Part shown: positions 52,379 to 63,098 of the stretch, piece by piece | Position numbering within the stretch: the stretch's first letter is position 1 | Layout of the letters: each line of letters opens with the position of its first letter | Assembly: GCF_964204645.1 (NCBI RefSeq) | Contig: NC_134029.1 | Span: forward strand, 23,926,950-23,990,949 | DNA from: Tubulanus polymorphus | Taxonomy: Eukaryota; Animalia; Nemertea | Length of the DNA: 64,000 nt | Direction: 5' to 3' | Made by a program: the position numbers and the translations under genes | The notes under the pieces: model-generated | What the model was told of the DNA's origin: nothing | What the model saw: the letters and a program-made list of their open reading frames with translations, nothing else | Database searches by the model: none

Positions 52379-52956
52379 GCACCTCCCGTTAATGGTTCAA
52401 TTACAATTAGTATCACTGTTTCAGATTCAGAATGTCATCAGGAATTCATTACAGTGGTTTATTTTATGAAATCTCTACTAGAAGGTAGATTTTTAGCCTG
52501 GATTTTGTCTCGAGATTGTTTCGACCTTTGAACCAGACACCATATTGGATGGGTCAATCTAAAGTGATAGAATATTTGCTGAAACAATGTTTCATGACCC
52601 ATTCAACTTGAGGAAGAAAATAAAACTTTCTTGTCAATTTCAACAATTGCATCAGACAATTTGGCTAGCATCAATAACCCCGGTGACAGTTGACAAACAT
52701 TGGATTAGTTTTATGCACTGATTACCCTCACGTCGTTTCAGCAAATACTGAAGATAAATCATCACTTCAGATTTCCCAATCCAATATGGCGTCCTATTGA
52801 ATGATCGTCACGATTCTGAGATAAAAACCGGGCCAAAAATCTACTTTCTAGTGAAAGTATATCATAATATAAAGCAGTGCATAGGATTCGGTGAGACTTT
52901 CTGAAGCTAGAACAGTGATTGATAATTCAGTAAATTGCCTCAATCACGAGAGGTGC
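52379..52956. mobile_element. Long diverged inverted repeat (foldback-type element, ~580 bp)
   Basis: Arm pairs read directly: GCACCTC/GAGGTGC, TATCACTGTT/AACAGTGAT, CTAGAAGGTAGATTTTT/AAAAATCTACTTTCTAG, CCATATTGGAT/ATCCAATATGG, ATTTGCTGAAAC/GTTTCAGCAAAT. Confidence 0.75.
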
Positions 52957-53708
52957 GGATCTGCACTTTTACACACAGCGATTAAAAAACACATCGCACG
53001 AGTAAACGCACATTTTTGAAAGTTTGACGGTCTACCACAGTGTGTGCCTTTATCACTTCATCCTGTAAACTATATCACCAGTACTCAACGTTATAAATAA
53101 TTACTTACTTCGTAAAATAAACGCTTAACCAAAAGGAAAATTGGCCCAAAGAATCGGCCTGTTATAAGTCGAAAATAGTGCCAGTATAAATGCGCGTGTG
53201 CTTCGCCCAATGGTAAGTGTATATAGGATAAGAGACATCTTCACCTGTCAAGGGATTCGAACCCACTACGCTAAAGCTGTTCGCCGAACTGGTGGAAGCG
53301 AGTTCGGAAGTGATACCAGACCCCTGGCAAGCGAGGATGGATAAGAGAAGAAGGGGACAGACACAGACAGGTAAACAGGCAGACAGTAAGTATATGACCG
53401 GGTATACGTTTGCGTGTCCACTCTACTCCAGTCAAAACAAAAAATTCAACGTATTTGCTCTATTGAAGAAAGGTAAAGGCTCTAACAAAACCAAACCTGC
53501 TCCTGAAGTTTATTCGTGTGTCCAATATTCTACCCTGCCGTGATGATTTGTTGTACAACAGACTGAATGGGGAAGGCAGACGTCCTGACTGAAAAATTAT
53601 ATCCAAAAAATTACCTACATTCATCAACGTCTGAACGATAGAAAACTATTTTATTTGTGCCGGACATACCAACAAGAAAAATAAAAGAGGGAATTGATAG
53701 AACAAGTT

Positions 53709-54344
53709 TATAACTGAGTGAAAGAGCTTGTAGTGCGCATATACCTATATAAAACAGGCAATATCCTATTAACTCAAGTTTGAATCCGCATTTCTTATGC
53801 AACCTTTGAGCTACTAACTGTTCGCTTGCGGTAGTTAAATGAATCAAGTTATAGTTGTTTTGTTTACAGAACTCCACACAATGATCCAGTAATGATCCAG
53901 TTTTCCACTGGAGACGTTTTTACGTATTGTGGAATATTCCTCCAATCTTTCGTGCAATGAATCCAAGTGCACAATAACCATTCTACCATTTATTTCAGCT
54001 ACGAAAATGTTAGTGTCCGGTTCCGTTTGGAATACACCAGATATATCATTGAAATCGTTACAAAAGTATAATATATAGAAGCTATAATAGCTCATCTTGT
54101 AAATAGTCCTCAGGAACAAGAAAATAAGCGCAGTTGTCGATGCGAGAAGAAATGAACCGGTCGCAAGGTAAGTTACTAGCGCTAGTGCGAATAAGATCAC
54201 TTGAGTTCAAGTTTGTTTCAGCGCGTGTGGTCCCTCAACAAAAGCGATTCTGTGGTAAAAACTGTCATTAAATATCTTTATTATTTGTTCAACGATGTCT
54301 CCCTTTCGTTAAGGGCGTATTGTAACTTCCGTTCCCGAAGACAT
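53709..54344 (-). pseudogene. NAT8/Camello-like copy 4, pseudogene
   Basis: MSSGTEVTIRP* (TAA in place of Tyr), a further TGA, loss of the VGCAA segment and deletion of AELKRM...GRK (motif A) at ~53890. Confidence 0.9.
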
Positions 54345-54500
54345 CTTATCCGACCCGATATAAACCCAGTACCTCATAGCATGTAGTAAACCACTAAAAA
54401 TCACCTTATCCCAGCACACGATTTCACGAAGAGAAAAAATCAGTTCTACGCAGTTACGTATATTCTACGCCTGGATTCAACGACTCATACAGAAGCCAAA

Positions 54501-55226
54501 TCATCCAAGACATAGAGACATGTGATGCGTGTTTACGTATAAAAGAGGCAATAGTCTTTCACATTCAATAAACTCAAGTTCAAATCCATTTATTGCATAA
54601 AATCGTCGACCGACTACTTGTCCAGTTGTGGAGGTTAAATGAATCTTGTCGTAGTTGTTCTGTTTACAGAACTTGACGCAATGATCCAGTAATTTACGAC
54701 CTATTGATAAACCTCGAAACGAAACATCAACCACCATTCGCTTCAGTTCAGCTATTTTTACATCGCTATCGTGGTTCCCACTGGAGACGTTTTTACGCAT
54801 CGAATATTCCTCCAACCTTTCGTGCAAAGAATTCAAGTTCAAAATAGCCACATAACCGACAATTCTACCGTTTATTTCAGCGACGAAAAAGTTCGAATCC
54901 GGTTCTGTCTGATACACACCAGATATATCAAACAAATCACTAGAACAGTATAACACGAAGAACAAATAGATACCGAATGTGTATAATGTTCTTAGGAGTA
55001 AAAAGGCGAACGCGGATGTTAATCCGAGAAGAATTGAATCAGTCGCCGCGTAAGTTATCAGCGCTAGGGAAACTAAGATCACTCGAATATAGGTTTGTTT
55101 CAGTGCGTGTGGAAGCCCCTCGGTAAAAGCGATCTGGTTGTAACTTGTCTTGAAAATACGGATGATTTGCTCGACATCATCGCCTCTTCGATACGGACGT
55201 ATCAAAACCTCTGTTCCTGAACACAT
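54501..55226 (-). CDS. NAT8/Camello-like GNAT, copy 5 (intact)
   Basis: 241 aa ORF with all family motifs. Confidence 0.92.
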   Translation of the reverse strand: MCSGTEVLIRPYRRGDDVEQIIRIFKTSYNQIAFTEGLPHALKQTYIRVILVSLALITYAATDSILLGLTSAFAFLLLRTLYTFGIYLFFVLYCSSDLFDISGVYQTEPDSNFFVAEINGRIVGYVAILNLNSLHERLEEYSMRKNVSSGNHDSDVKIAELKRMVVDVSFRGLSIGRKLLDHCVKFCKQNNYDKIHLTSTTGQVVGRRFYAINGFELEFIECERLLPLLYVNTHHMSLCLG

Positions 55227-56089
55227 CCAGACAGCGTGTAACCCTGCTAAGTCGATTACAATGGTTAAAGGTTATGCTTACACAGCAGCTGCTATGTTTT
55301 TATATCGAAGTCATCAATATGAACTAAGTGCAATGCACACTGAGTTATACGTATGATAAACAGGTGACCCTTATCATTCAATCACTGATGTCATTTTGTT
55401 CACTGATGAACAATATCAATATATGTCAAATGGAAGTTCGTTCCAGGGTGAATGAACCCCATTATGGGCTCATTATTGGCTGTAATATCATAAAGCTAGA
55501 AAGAATAAATGAGGTCCTGTGCGTATCTTGTTTCAGATAATGTTTGGAAGTTCTTCAGTAATGGCAATCCAGTTAAAACATTCATTTCAAAAATGTCACC
55601 TTCGACAAACTAAAACTTTTGAACATATTTTTCCACACTCGAGTCGTGAATGACAAACAATAACACGAAGACTATTAACCTTTTTCACGAGTGGTTTTAT
55701 TTTACTGCTCAAAGTTTCACATCTAAATTATACTGAACCAAGAAATCTGTGGGACGAAACGTTTATTGAAAGTAAGCCTAGCCGGAACTTCGCAGGTTGC
55801 TAAGTCTTTAAAAACTTGGAGATAAGTTGAGATAAATTACTCGTGGCCTTGTCATTTCTTGGGACCGAGTTCTTGGGACCGAATACTTGTTTCTACTGTG
55901 TTTGGCTGTGGGCTTAAAACTCTCTTTCAACGTGGACTGTTTATCATGATACATACAGTCAATGAAGCATCATTAATAAATATGAAACGATCAATTACTA
56001 CAAATCAAAAGAACATTGGATGAAATTGTAACTAAATAAGTTATCGCTGACGCGACTTTACTTTAGTACAGATTATCAGTCGCTTGAGG

Positions 56090-56830
56090 TTATTGAATAA
56101 ATAAAGACATGTGATACACGTATACGTGGAATAGATGCATGAAAATATCACTTTCAATGAAGTCAACTTTGAATCCGTATCTAGTGTACAATCTTTGGGC
56201 AGCTATTTGTTCACCTGTTGTGGTCAAATGAATCCTGTTATAGTTATTCTGTTTACAGAACTTGACGCAGTGATCCAGTAATTTACGACCTATTGATAAA
56301 CCTCGAAACGATACATCAACCGCCATTCGCTTCAGTTCCGCTATTTTTACATCGTTGTCGACATCAGAATCCAGTTTTCCAGTGGAGACGTTTCTATGTA
56401 TTGAATATTCCTCGAATCTTTCGTGTAAAGAATCCTCGTTCACGATAGCCGCGCAGCCGACAATTCTACCGTTTATTTCAGCTACGAAAAAGTTTGATCT
56501 AGCGTAGGGTTGTTGATATACCCCGGCTATATCATGAAAGTCATCGCAACAGAATTTAGTGTAGATTACATAAGCGATACTCTTGTAACAGGTTCGAATA
56601 GCTATACCGATCAATATGGAGAATAATCCAAGAATATACGAACCGGTCGCCGCGTAAGTGACTAAAGCTAGAAAGAATAATATCACTTGTATATAGGTTT
56701 GTTTTAAAGCGTGTGGAAGTCCTTCAGTATGAGCGATTCTGTAGAAACTTTCATTAAATATCTTGATGATTTGTTCAACATTGTCGCCCTTTCGATAAGG
56801 GCGCACTAAAACTTCTGGTGTCGGAGACAT
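56090..56830 (-). CDS. NAT8/Camello-like GNAT, copy 6 (intact)
   Basis: Start taken at MSPTPEVLVRPY (ATG 56830), by alignment to paralogs and a TTTTACAG acceptor just upstream. Confidence 0.92.
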   Translation of the reverse strand: MSPTPEVLVRPYRKGDNVEQIIKIFNESFYRIAHTEGLPHALKQTYIQVILFFLALVTYAATGSYILGLFSILIGIAIRTCYKSIAYVIYTKFCCDDFHDIAGVYQQPYARSNFFVAEINGRIVGCAAIVNEDSLHERFEEYSIHRNVSTGKLDSDVDNDVKIAELKRMAVDVSFRGLSIGRKLLDHCVKFCKQNNYNRIHLTTTGEQIAAQRLYTRYGFKVDFIESDIFMHLFHVYVYHMSLFIQ

Positions 56831-57022
56831 TTTTACACTGTAAAATGGAAATAGACTGAGGTATTTATTCGTTGCGTAATAATAATTGACAAGAATCAAC
56901 AGATGATAAACAAACGTTATTAAACACTAAGTAATTACCTCTGGTGGATGTAGTCCTACTGCATGCAAAGGCAATGTGAGCATTACGTCCCAAATCAGCA
57001 GACAAACGGTAAAAAACAAGGT

Positions 57023-57248
57023 TTAGGGTAAACAAAAATGATACCTTGTTTCTCCGCAGCGGCCGGGTCATTTTTGTAAAATATGATAAAATTTATAAAC
57101 AGTTCATTTCTATAGCGGCCGGGTCTATTATGGTAAAATTGATCACGATTTAAAAAAACCTAATGTATAGGGTAGATAGGCGGCCGGCCGGGTCAACATT
57201 TAAGCTCAGCAGAGCGGAGAAACAAGGTATCAATTTTTTTTTGCCTTA
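57023..57248. mobile_element. MITE family B (~225 bp)
   Basis: Inverted repeats AAAAATGATACCTTGTTTCTCCGC / GCGGAGAAACAAGGTATCAATTTTT with internal GCGGCCGGGTC repeats. Confidence 0.75.
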
Positions 57249-57445
57249 TCACTGACGAAACTTAAAAAATGCAGACAAGCACGTGATAGTTGTGTCTAAG
57301 TGTCATAACTTTATACAGTCGGTATAGATTAAGTACCCATATCTAATCAATAGGCAATATCGGCAAGATAGAAAGGGCAAGTGAGTTCAAGGATATAATG
57401 AAATCGTCAGAAATATGAGACTTTAATTATGATGATCCTCCATCT

Positions 57446-58165
57446 TTATTTGAGATTTAAATACATGTTATGTATGTACGCAAATGCGATATAAACTCTT
57501 ACACGTACAATGAAGTCAAGTTTGAATCCGTATCTCGAATACAATCTTTGGGCAGCTATTTGTTCACTGGATGTAGTTAAATGAATCCTGTTATAGTTGT
57601 TCTTTTTACAGAACTCCACGCAATGATCCAGTAATTTACGACCTATTGATACACCTCGAAACGAAACATCAACAACCATTCGCTTCAGTTCCGCTACTTT
57701 TTCCACCTTCGCATAAGAATCTGCCTTACTACGGTACAACGAATTGTTTTCTAATTTCTTGTGCATAGATTCCTTATTAACAATAGCCAGACAGCCGACG
57801 ATTCTATCATTTATTTCTGCTACAAAAAAGTTCGAATCCGGTTCAGTTTGGTACACACCAGATATATCATCAAGGTCACCAAAAAAACAAAGAATGTAGA
57901 AGACAAAGCCACCGAATTTGTAAATAGTTCTCAGAAACAGGAATACGAGCGCAGCTAATGAGCCTACAAGAAACGAACCAGTCAACGCGTAGGTTGATAT
58001 TGATAGAATAAGTAAAATCACTCGAATATAAGTTTGTCTCAGCGCGTGTGGAAGCCCCTCGGTGAAAACTATCTGGTAGTAACTTTTTTTGAAAATACGG
58101 ATGATCTGTTCAATATTGTCGCCTTGTCGATAAGGTCGTATTACAATTTGCGATTCCGCACACAT
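57446..58165 (-). CDS. NAT8/Camello-like GNAT, copy 7 (intact)
   Basis: Start MCAESQIVIRPY (ATG 58165); acceptor TTTCTATTTAG upstream and donor CAG|GTAAGT at ~58273-58281. Confidence 0.92.
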   Translation of the reverse strand: MCAESQIVIRPYRQGDNIEQIIRIFKKSYYQIVFTEGLPHALRQTYIRVILLILSISTYALTGSFLVGSLAALVFLFLRTIYKFGGFVFYILCFFGDLDDISGVYQTEPDSNFFVAEINDRIVGCLAIVNKESMHKKLENNSLYRSKADSYAKVEKVAELKRMVVDVSFRGVSIGRKLLDHCVEFCKKNNYNRIHLTTSSEQIAAQRLYSRYGFKLDFIVRVRVYIAFAYIHNMYLNLK

Positions 58166-58698
58166 TTCAACTCCTAAATAGAAAAATGTACAATGAACTA
58201 GGATTCTGATGACGTGAGACATTAGCGAACTCTTCGAACTTCGTCAAAGATATTCTGAAGACGTTTTTATGTACTTACCTGTGTTCAGTTAAAAAGTGGG
58301 TCCTTGTGTGACGTTATAAATCCCTAGTATTGATGATTTTTAAAGCTTTATCGTATTGTCAGATAATGGGAAGTTAGTAGTCAGTCGATAAAGATGGACT
58401 TTGATATGCTCAAAGTTCAGATGTCCAGAAACGACTGTTAGAATCATTCCATGGTTTCGTGATTTTTTTCACCCGGAGAGTAGTAACCTATTCTAACTTC
58501 AGCTATACATCAAAAATATCTTATATAAAATAAAAATATCTAATATTCTGAAACAAAGACGAATTGTTTTATTCGCTTATTACTATCAGGTGTTGCTTAC
58601 GAACCGAAGATAAAATACTGACGGTAGAATACAAGACCGTCTCGGAACTGAAATAACAAGTCGTCAACAACGAAGATTTGTTCATAATCCTTTTAAGT

Positions 58699-59424
58699 TT
58701 ATGTAAGGTTTAGGTACATGTCATGTATGTATACAAACAGCACGGATAATCTTCGGCTTTAACAAATAAAGTCAAGTTTGAATCCGTATCTTGTGTACAG
58801 TCTTTGGGCCGCGATCTGTTCACTTGTTGTAGACAAGTGAATCCTGTTATAGTTATTCTGTTTACAGAACTCGACGCAATGATCCAGTAATTTACGACCT
58901 ATTGATAAACCTCTAAACGATACATCAACCGCCATTCGCTTCAGTTCCGCTATTTTTATATCAATATCAAGATCATCAGAATCGAGACTACGGTACAGAG
59001 TATAATGTTTGAATTTTCCACGCAAAGATCTTTCATTGACAATAGCCGCGCAGCCGACAATTCTACCGTTTATTTCAGCTACGAAAAAGTTCGAATCCGG
59101 TTCTGTCTGGTACAAACCAGCGATATCATTGAAATCATCGCAGTGACAGGAAATAAAGTAGATATAGTTGCTAAATTTGTATATAGTTCTCAGAAACAGG
59201 AACGCGAGTGCAGCTGTTAATCCTACAAGAAATGAACCCGTCAACGCGTAGGTTGATATTGATAGAATAAGTAAAATCACTCGAATATAAGTTTGTCTCA
59301 GTGCGTGCGGAAGCCCCTCGGTGAAAGCAATCTGGTAGAAACTTTTAGTAAACATTCGATATATTTGCTCATTATTGTCGCTACGTCGATAAGATCGCAC
59401 GAAAACTTCCGATTCTGGAGACAT
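58699..59424 (-). pseudogene. NAT8/Camello-like copy 8 with late in-frame nonsense codon
   Basis: ORF stops at TAA 58759-58761 (LDFIC*), but homology continues in frame (SRRLSVLFVYIHDMYLNLT*) to TAA at 58699-58701. Confidence 0.75.
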
Positions 59425-59436
59425 CTTTAATTCTGC

Positions 59437-59461
59437 CAGGGAAGTGTATCACACTTCCCTG
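59437..59461. mobile_element. 25-bp palindromic transposon remnant with 7-bp target site duplication
   Basis: ATTCTGC [CAGGGAAGTGT atc ACACTTCCCTG] ATTCTGC; same terminal repeat as 19666-19701. Confidence 0.85.
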
Positions 59462-61099
59462 ATTCTGCAAAAGACGAAAAGCGCACTACTGCAACACACG
59501 CATCTACCTGGTATCCACTAACGCCATTGGTTAGGTCTTCTTTTTTCACCCAGAAAGCTGCCGCGCGCTGATTCTTTGTAGCTGTCTCGGTATTACAAGC
59601 GGTATAGTGAACTACTTCCAGACTGAATTTACTCAAGCCGATAATTTAGAAAACATTTGTCCACCTACCTGTGTTAAATAGGTCTACGCGTAAATAATCA
59701 TAGCACAATCCCACTGGACATTCGTTATCTGTCATTTGACCTTGTTTATGAGTTCAAAGATTTAACACTCAGTGCCCAAATAGGTAGGTTTATTACCAGC
59801 ACTACTAGATTAACTTCTTTATTCTCATTTTTTAACGGATAATGACCAGTAACAGTGACCTTTTATCTAGTTTCCTAATTGTTATCTTGTGACGTTATTT
59901 GGCTTCTTTTTAGTGATTATTATGATTCTATCCGATACATGTATTTATTGCTGAACGGTTGTAAGACTAGATGCCGCTCTGAGCTTTCGGGTTCCACCTC
60001 GATCCCTGTCACTGACCTCTGCGGGCAATCGAATCAAAGTTCAAACGTCGTGCATTCTCTCCTATTCTAAAAGGTGGCGCACTATGTACAGCTCGAATTG
60101 GGACTTTTGAAAATACAAAACGATGCATTAAAATTATTGCGAAAAGCTTTTCCGAGTTCGTAGACGAATCGGTCGTGTTTGAGCTGTTCGATATTCGAAC
60201 AACATTTTCAAACATTTTCCATCGTAATTCATCTGACCTTTGGCAATAATGTTCACTTTTGCAGGCGCGCCATGTCAAAGGACGCGTTCAGAATTTGCTG
60301 GTTGATTTTCCTGTTGTTTTATTAGTATCCGGCTTTTATTGTAGCAGAACGTGATATCGGCTACATAGACTCGTCGCCAATCTGAAATTAATGTCCACAT
60401 ATTCATCGGCGGTCGACTCCGAGATTATGGTATTATTTGATGGACGATTTTGGCGATGATTGCAACATCCTGTCGACTGGTGCCGTAACCCGTCCAACTT
60501 CGTGTGATCTACGGCGTCAATGTCCGGTATTGTGTATGTTATTCATCGACGTACATTTCCCGCTCAGTACTGGCGCTGGATTATAAATGCGAATATTTCG
60601 GAATAAACGCGATTTGTCCGTGATTTATGGCGCTTTGAAAAGCGATTATTCGCTTGCGCTGCGCCGCGAGATGAATTCCGTTTATGACAGAGAGACGACC
60701 ATTTGTCGATTTACCATTTACAGACTAACTGTTTTAATCTTCTTCGGAAACGTATTTGCATATTGTTGAAAGATGTTTGCCAGAGAAAATGTAAAGTCGG
60801 CTCAAGCAGTGAATGATATTTTCTGATTAACCGAGTCGTTGTGATTTATTACAGGCAATACCGGTGTTTGTGCGCCGGATTTTTTTTGTGTGGCCGTGCA
60901 CAGCCACTGATCAGTGACGTCTCCAGTACCATACATCTATTATATCCCTCACAATATTTCAACCAGACGTTAAAAATGAAATACACAACACTTCGCTCAA
61001 GTCTAATCTTTTGAGACCGTAAAAATGTGTCCGATTTCAGACTCGTTGGATGTTATGTATTTCATAAATAGTGTCACAAAAAATATTTAAAAAAAACAA

Positions 61100-61283
61100 C
61101 CGAGTTGAACGGTTAACTCCGAGTTGAATGGTTAACTCCGAGTTGAACGGGTAACTCCGAGTTGAACGGTTATCTCCGAGTTGAACGGTTATCTCCGAGT
61201 TGAACCGTTAACTCCGAGTTGAACGGTTAACTCCGAGTTGAACGGGTAACTCCGAGTTGAACGGGTAACTCCGAGTTGAACGG
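61100..61283. repeat. 19-bp minisatellite (CCGAGTTGAACGGTTAACT)n, ~9.7 copies
   Basis: Contiguous units with no spacers; internal inverted GAGTT...AACTC. Confidence 0.95.
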
Positions 61284-61990
61284 ATTCGACTTGAACGGAG
61301 TCTACCGTAACTTGTAAACTATAAAAACAAAAGAAAGTTGCGCAATGCTCATGAAATATGAAACTCCGCGCGGGCAACAAAAATAATTTTCGACTCGACA
61401 TCCATTAATACAACAACAAGTCTATATGTTGGAGGCTATTTATCATCGTTTTGCGAAATAAACGTCTCTAGTGCACTGGACCCGCAGAGACAACAATAAA
61501 TCATCAGCGGTGACAATATATCATTGTTGATGAGTTATCTTAAAACGCTATCAATAACTGATTTGTTCGCGAAAATTTCCTGGACACATAGCTGGACAAA
61601 ACGGTAACGCACCAGGTATCCGAGGCGATACCGGTCGCTGCCGAAATCATCATCGAGCTTCCGCGACTGTTTCGGGGCTTAAAACAACAAATCCATCAAA
61701 TTATAGTCACTGTCACCATCGGAGATGAATAGCGTGTTTTCATTATGCGCGCTTCCTTTGTGATATTTTGTTTTGTCTTGTACGTTAGTTTCTTTTTAGA
61801 CAGTCGCTCGGTCCGCGGGAAATATTGCGGATTGTTCCTTTAAATTCTATCTAAATGAGGCGTAACTGATCGCGTCAGAATAAAACCACACGTTTCATAC
61901 GCGTAGAATTTAACGTTGTAATAGTTTGTCATTCGATAGTTTGAAAATACCGATCATCTAGCAGAACTATATTTGAATAAAAATGCAATC

Positions 61991-62220
61991 CCCACTGGTC
62001 TCACCGATTCCACTCGCCCCGGATCCACTGGTTTTACTGGCCCTACTGGCTCCACTCGATCCACTCGATCCACTGGCCCCATTGGTCCCACTGGTTTTAC
62101 TAGCCCCGTCGGTTTTTTTTACTGGTTTCACTGGTCCCACTGGCCCCACTGACCTTCAATGGTTTTACTGGCCCTGCTGGCCCCACTAGCCCCACTGACC
62201 CACACTGGTTTTACTGGCCT
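61991..62220. repeat. Degenerate 9-bp repeat (CCACTGGYC-like)
   Basis: Recurring CCACTGGTC, CCACTGGCC and TTACTGGCC units. Confidence 0.8.
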
Positions 62221-62900
62221 CCATCTTTAGTTTGACCATCTATTCGAATGTTGATGGATATGATTTGTTGTATACAAGCAAAGAGCCAGTAGTGAAATAT
62301 ACCTTACCTTATGCGTGTACATTCACATATAGATGTTAAGTAATGTACCGTGTATCAAGTTTGAAAACAATTGGATGAGAAAGAGGGATTCGATTTGTCG
62401 ATGTAACTGATGGTAAGACACGGCGGTCGCTGACGCCTGCGGTTTATATTTTACCGGCAAAATGTGAGCATCCTGTTTTGATATATCACCAGAACATCAA
62501 CTAGAGAAGGACTAGCCCGCAGACATGTAACCAAGTCCATTCGTGAACAGCCACAAACAGATCGGATGAAACTCACTCGTTAAAAATGTTCCGTTCGGAC
62601 AGTAATTTGTAGGCCCTCCAGTAAGTCATTAGATGCACGATGTTACTGACGGGCTTCAGTACTGACAGCTAAAACTAAAGCTACATAATGAAAGGCAAGA
62701 TTACATCGGAAACAGTGAAACATCGCCAATATGCCCGATAGGCATTCTTTCCATTTTCCCGGTCTGTATGGACGTAAATGGATATCTCAGAATTGAAATT
62801 GACAATGTCAGTAATAATCCCAAAGTCGGCAAACTTGCGCAGTAATGCAATCAAATGCCAATGTGTTGAAAACTTACTTCTTTCTTCATACGTACATTGC

Positions 62901-63098
<198 letters not shown>

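Noticed and set aside
50880-59680. Protocadherin/UGT1-style shared-exon splicing of the GNAT array
   Set aside because: Each copy holds its whole coding sequence and several have their own nearby upstream donor site; no common constant exon was seen
61100-61283. CRISPR-like palindromic 19-bp repeats
   Set aside because: No spacers; a simple minisatellite
61967-62189. Collagen-like GPVGPV / PLAPL ORFs
   Set aside because: Products of a degenerate 9-bp repeat; the Gly-X-Y frame is broken by indels and no supporting exons were seen
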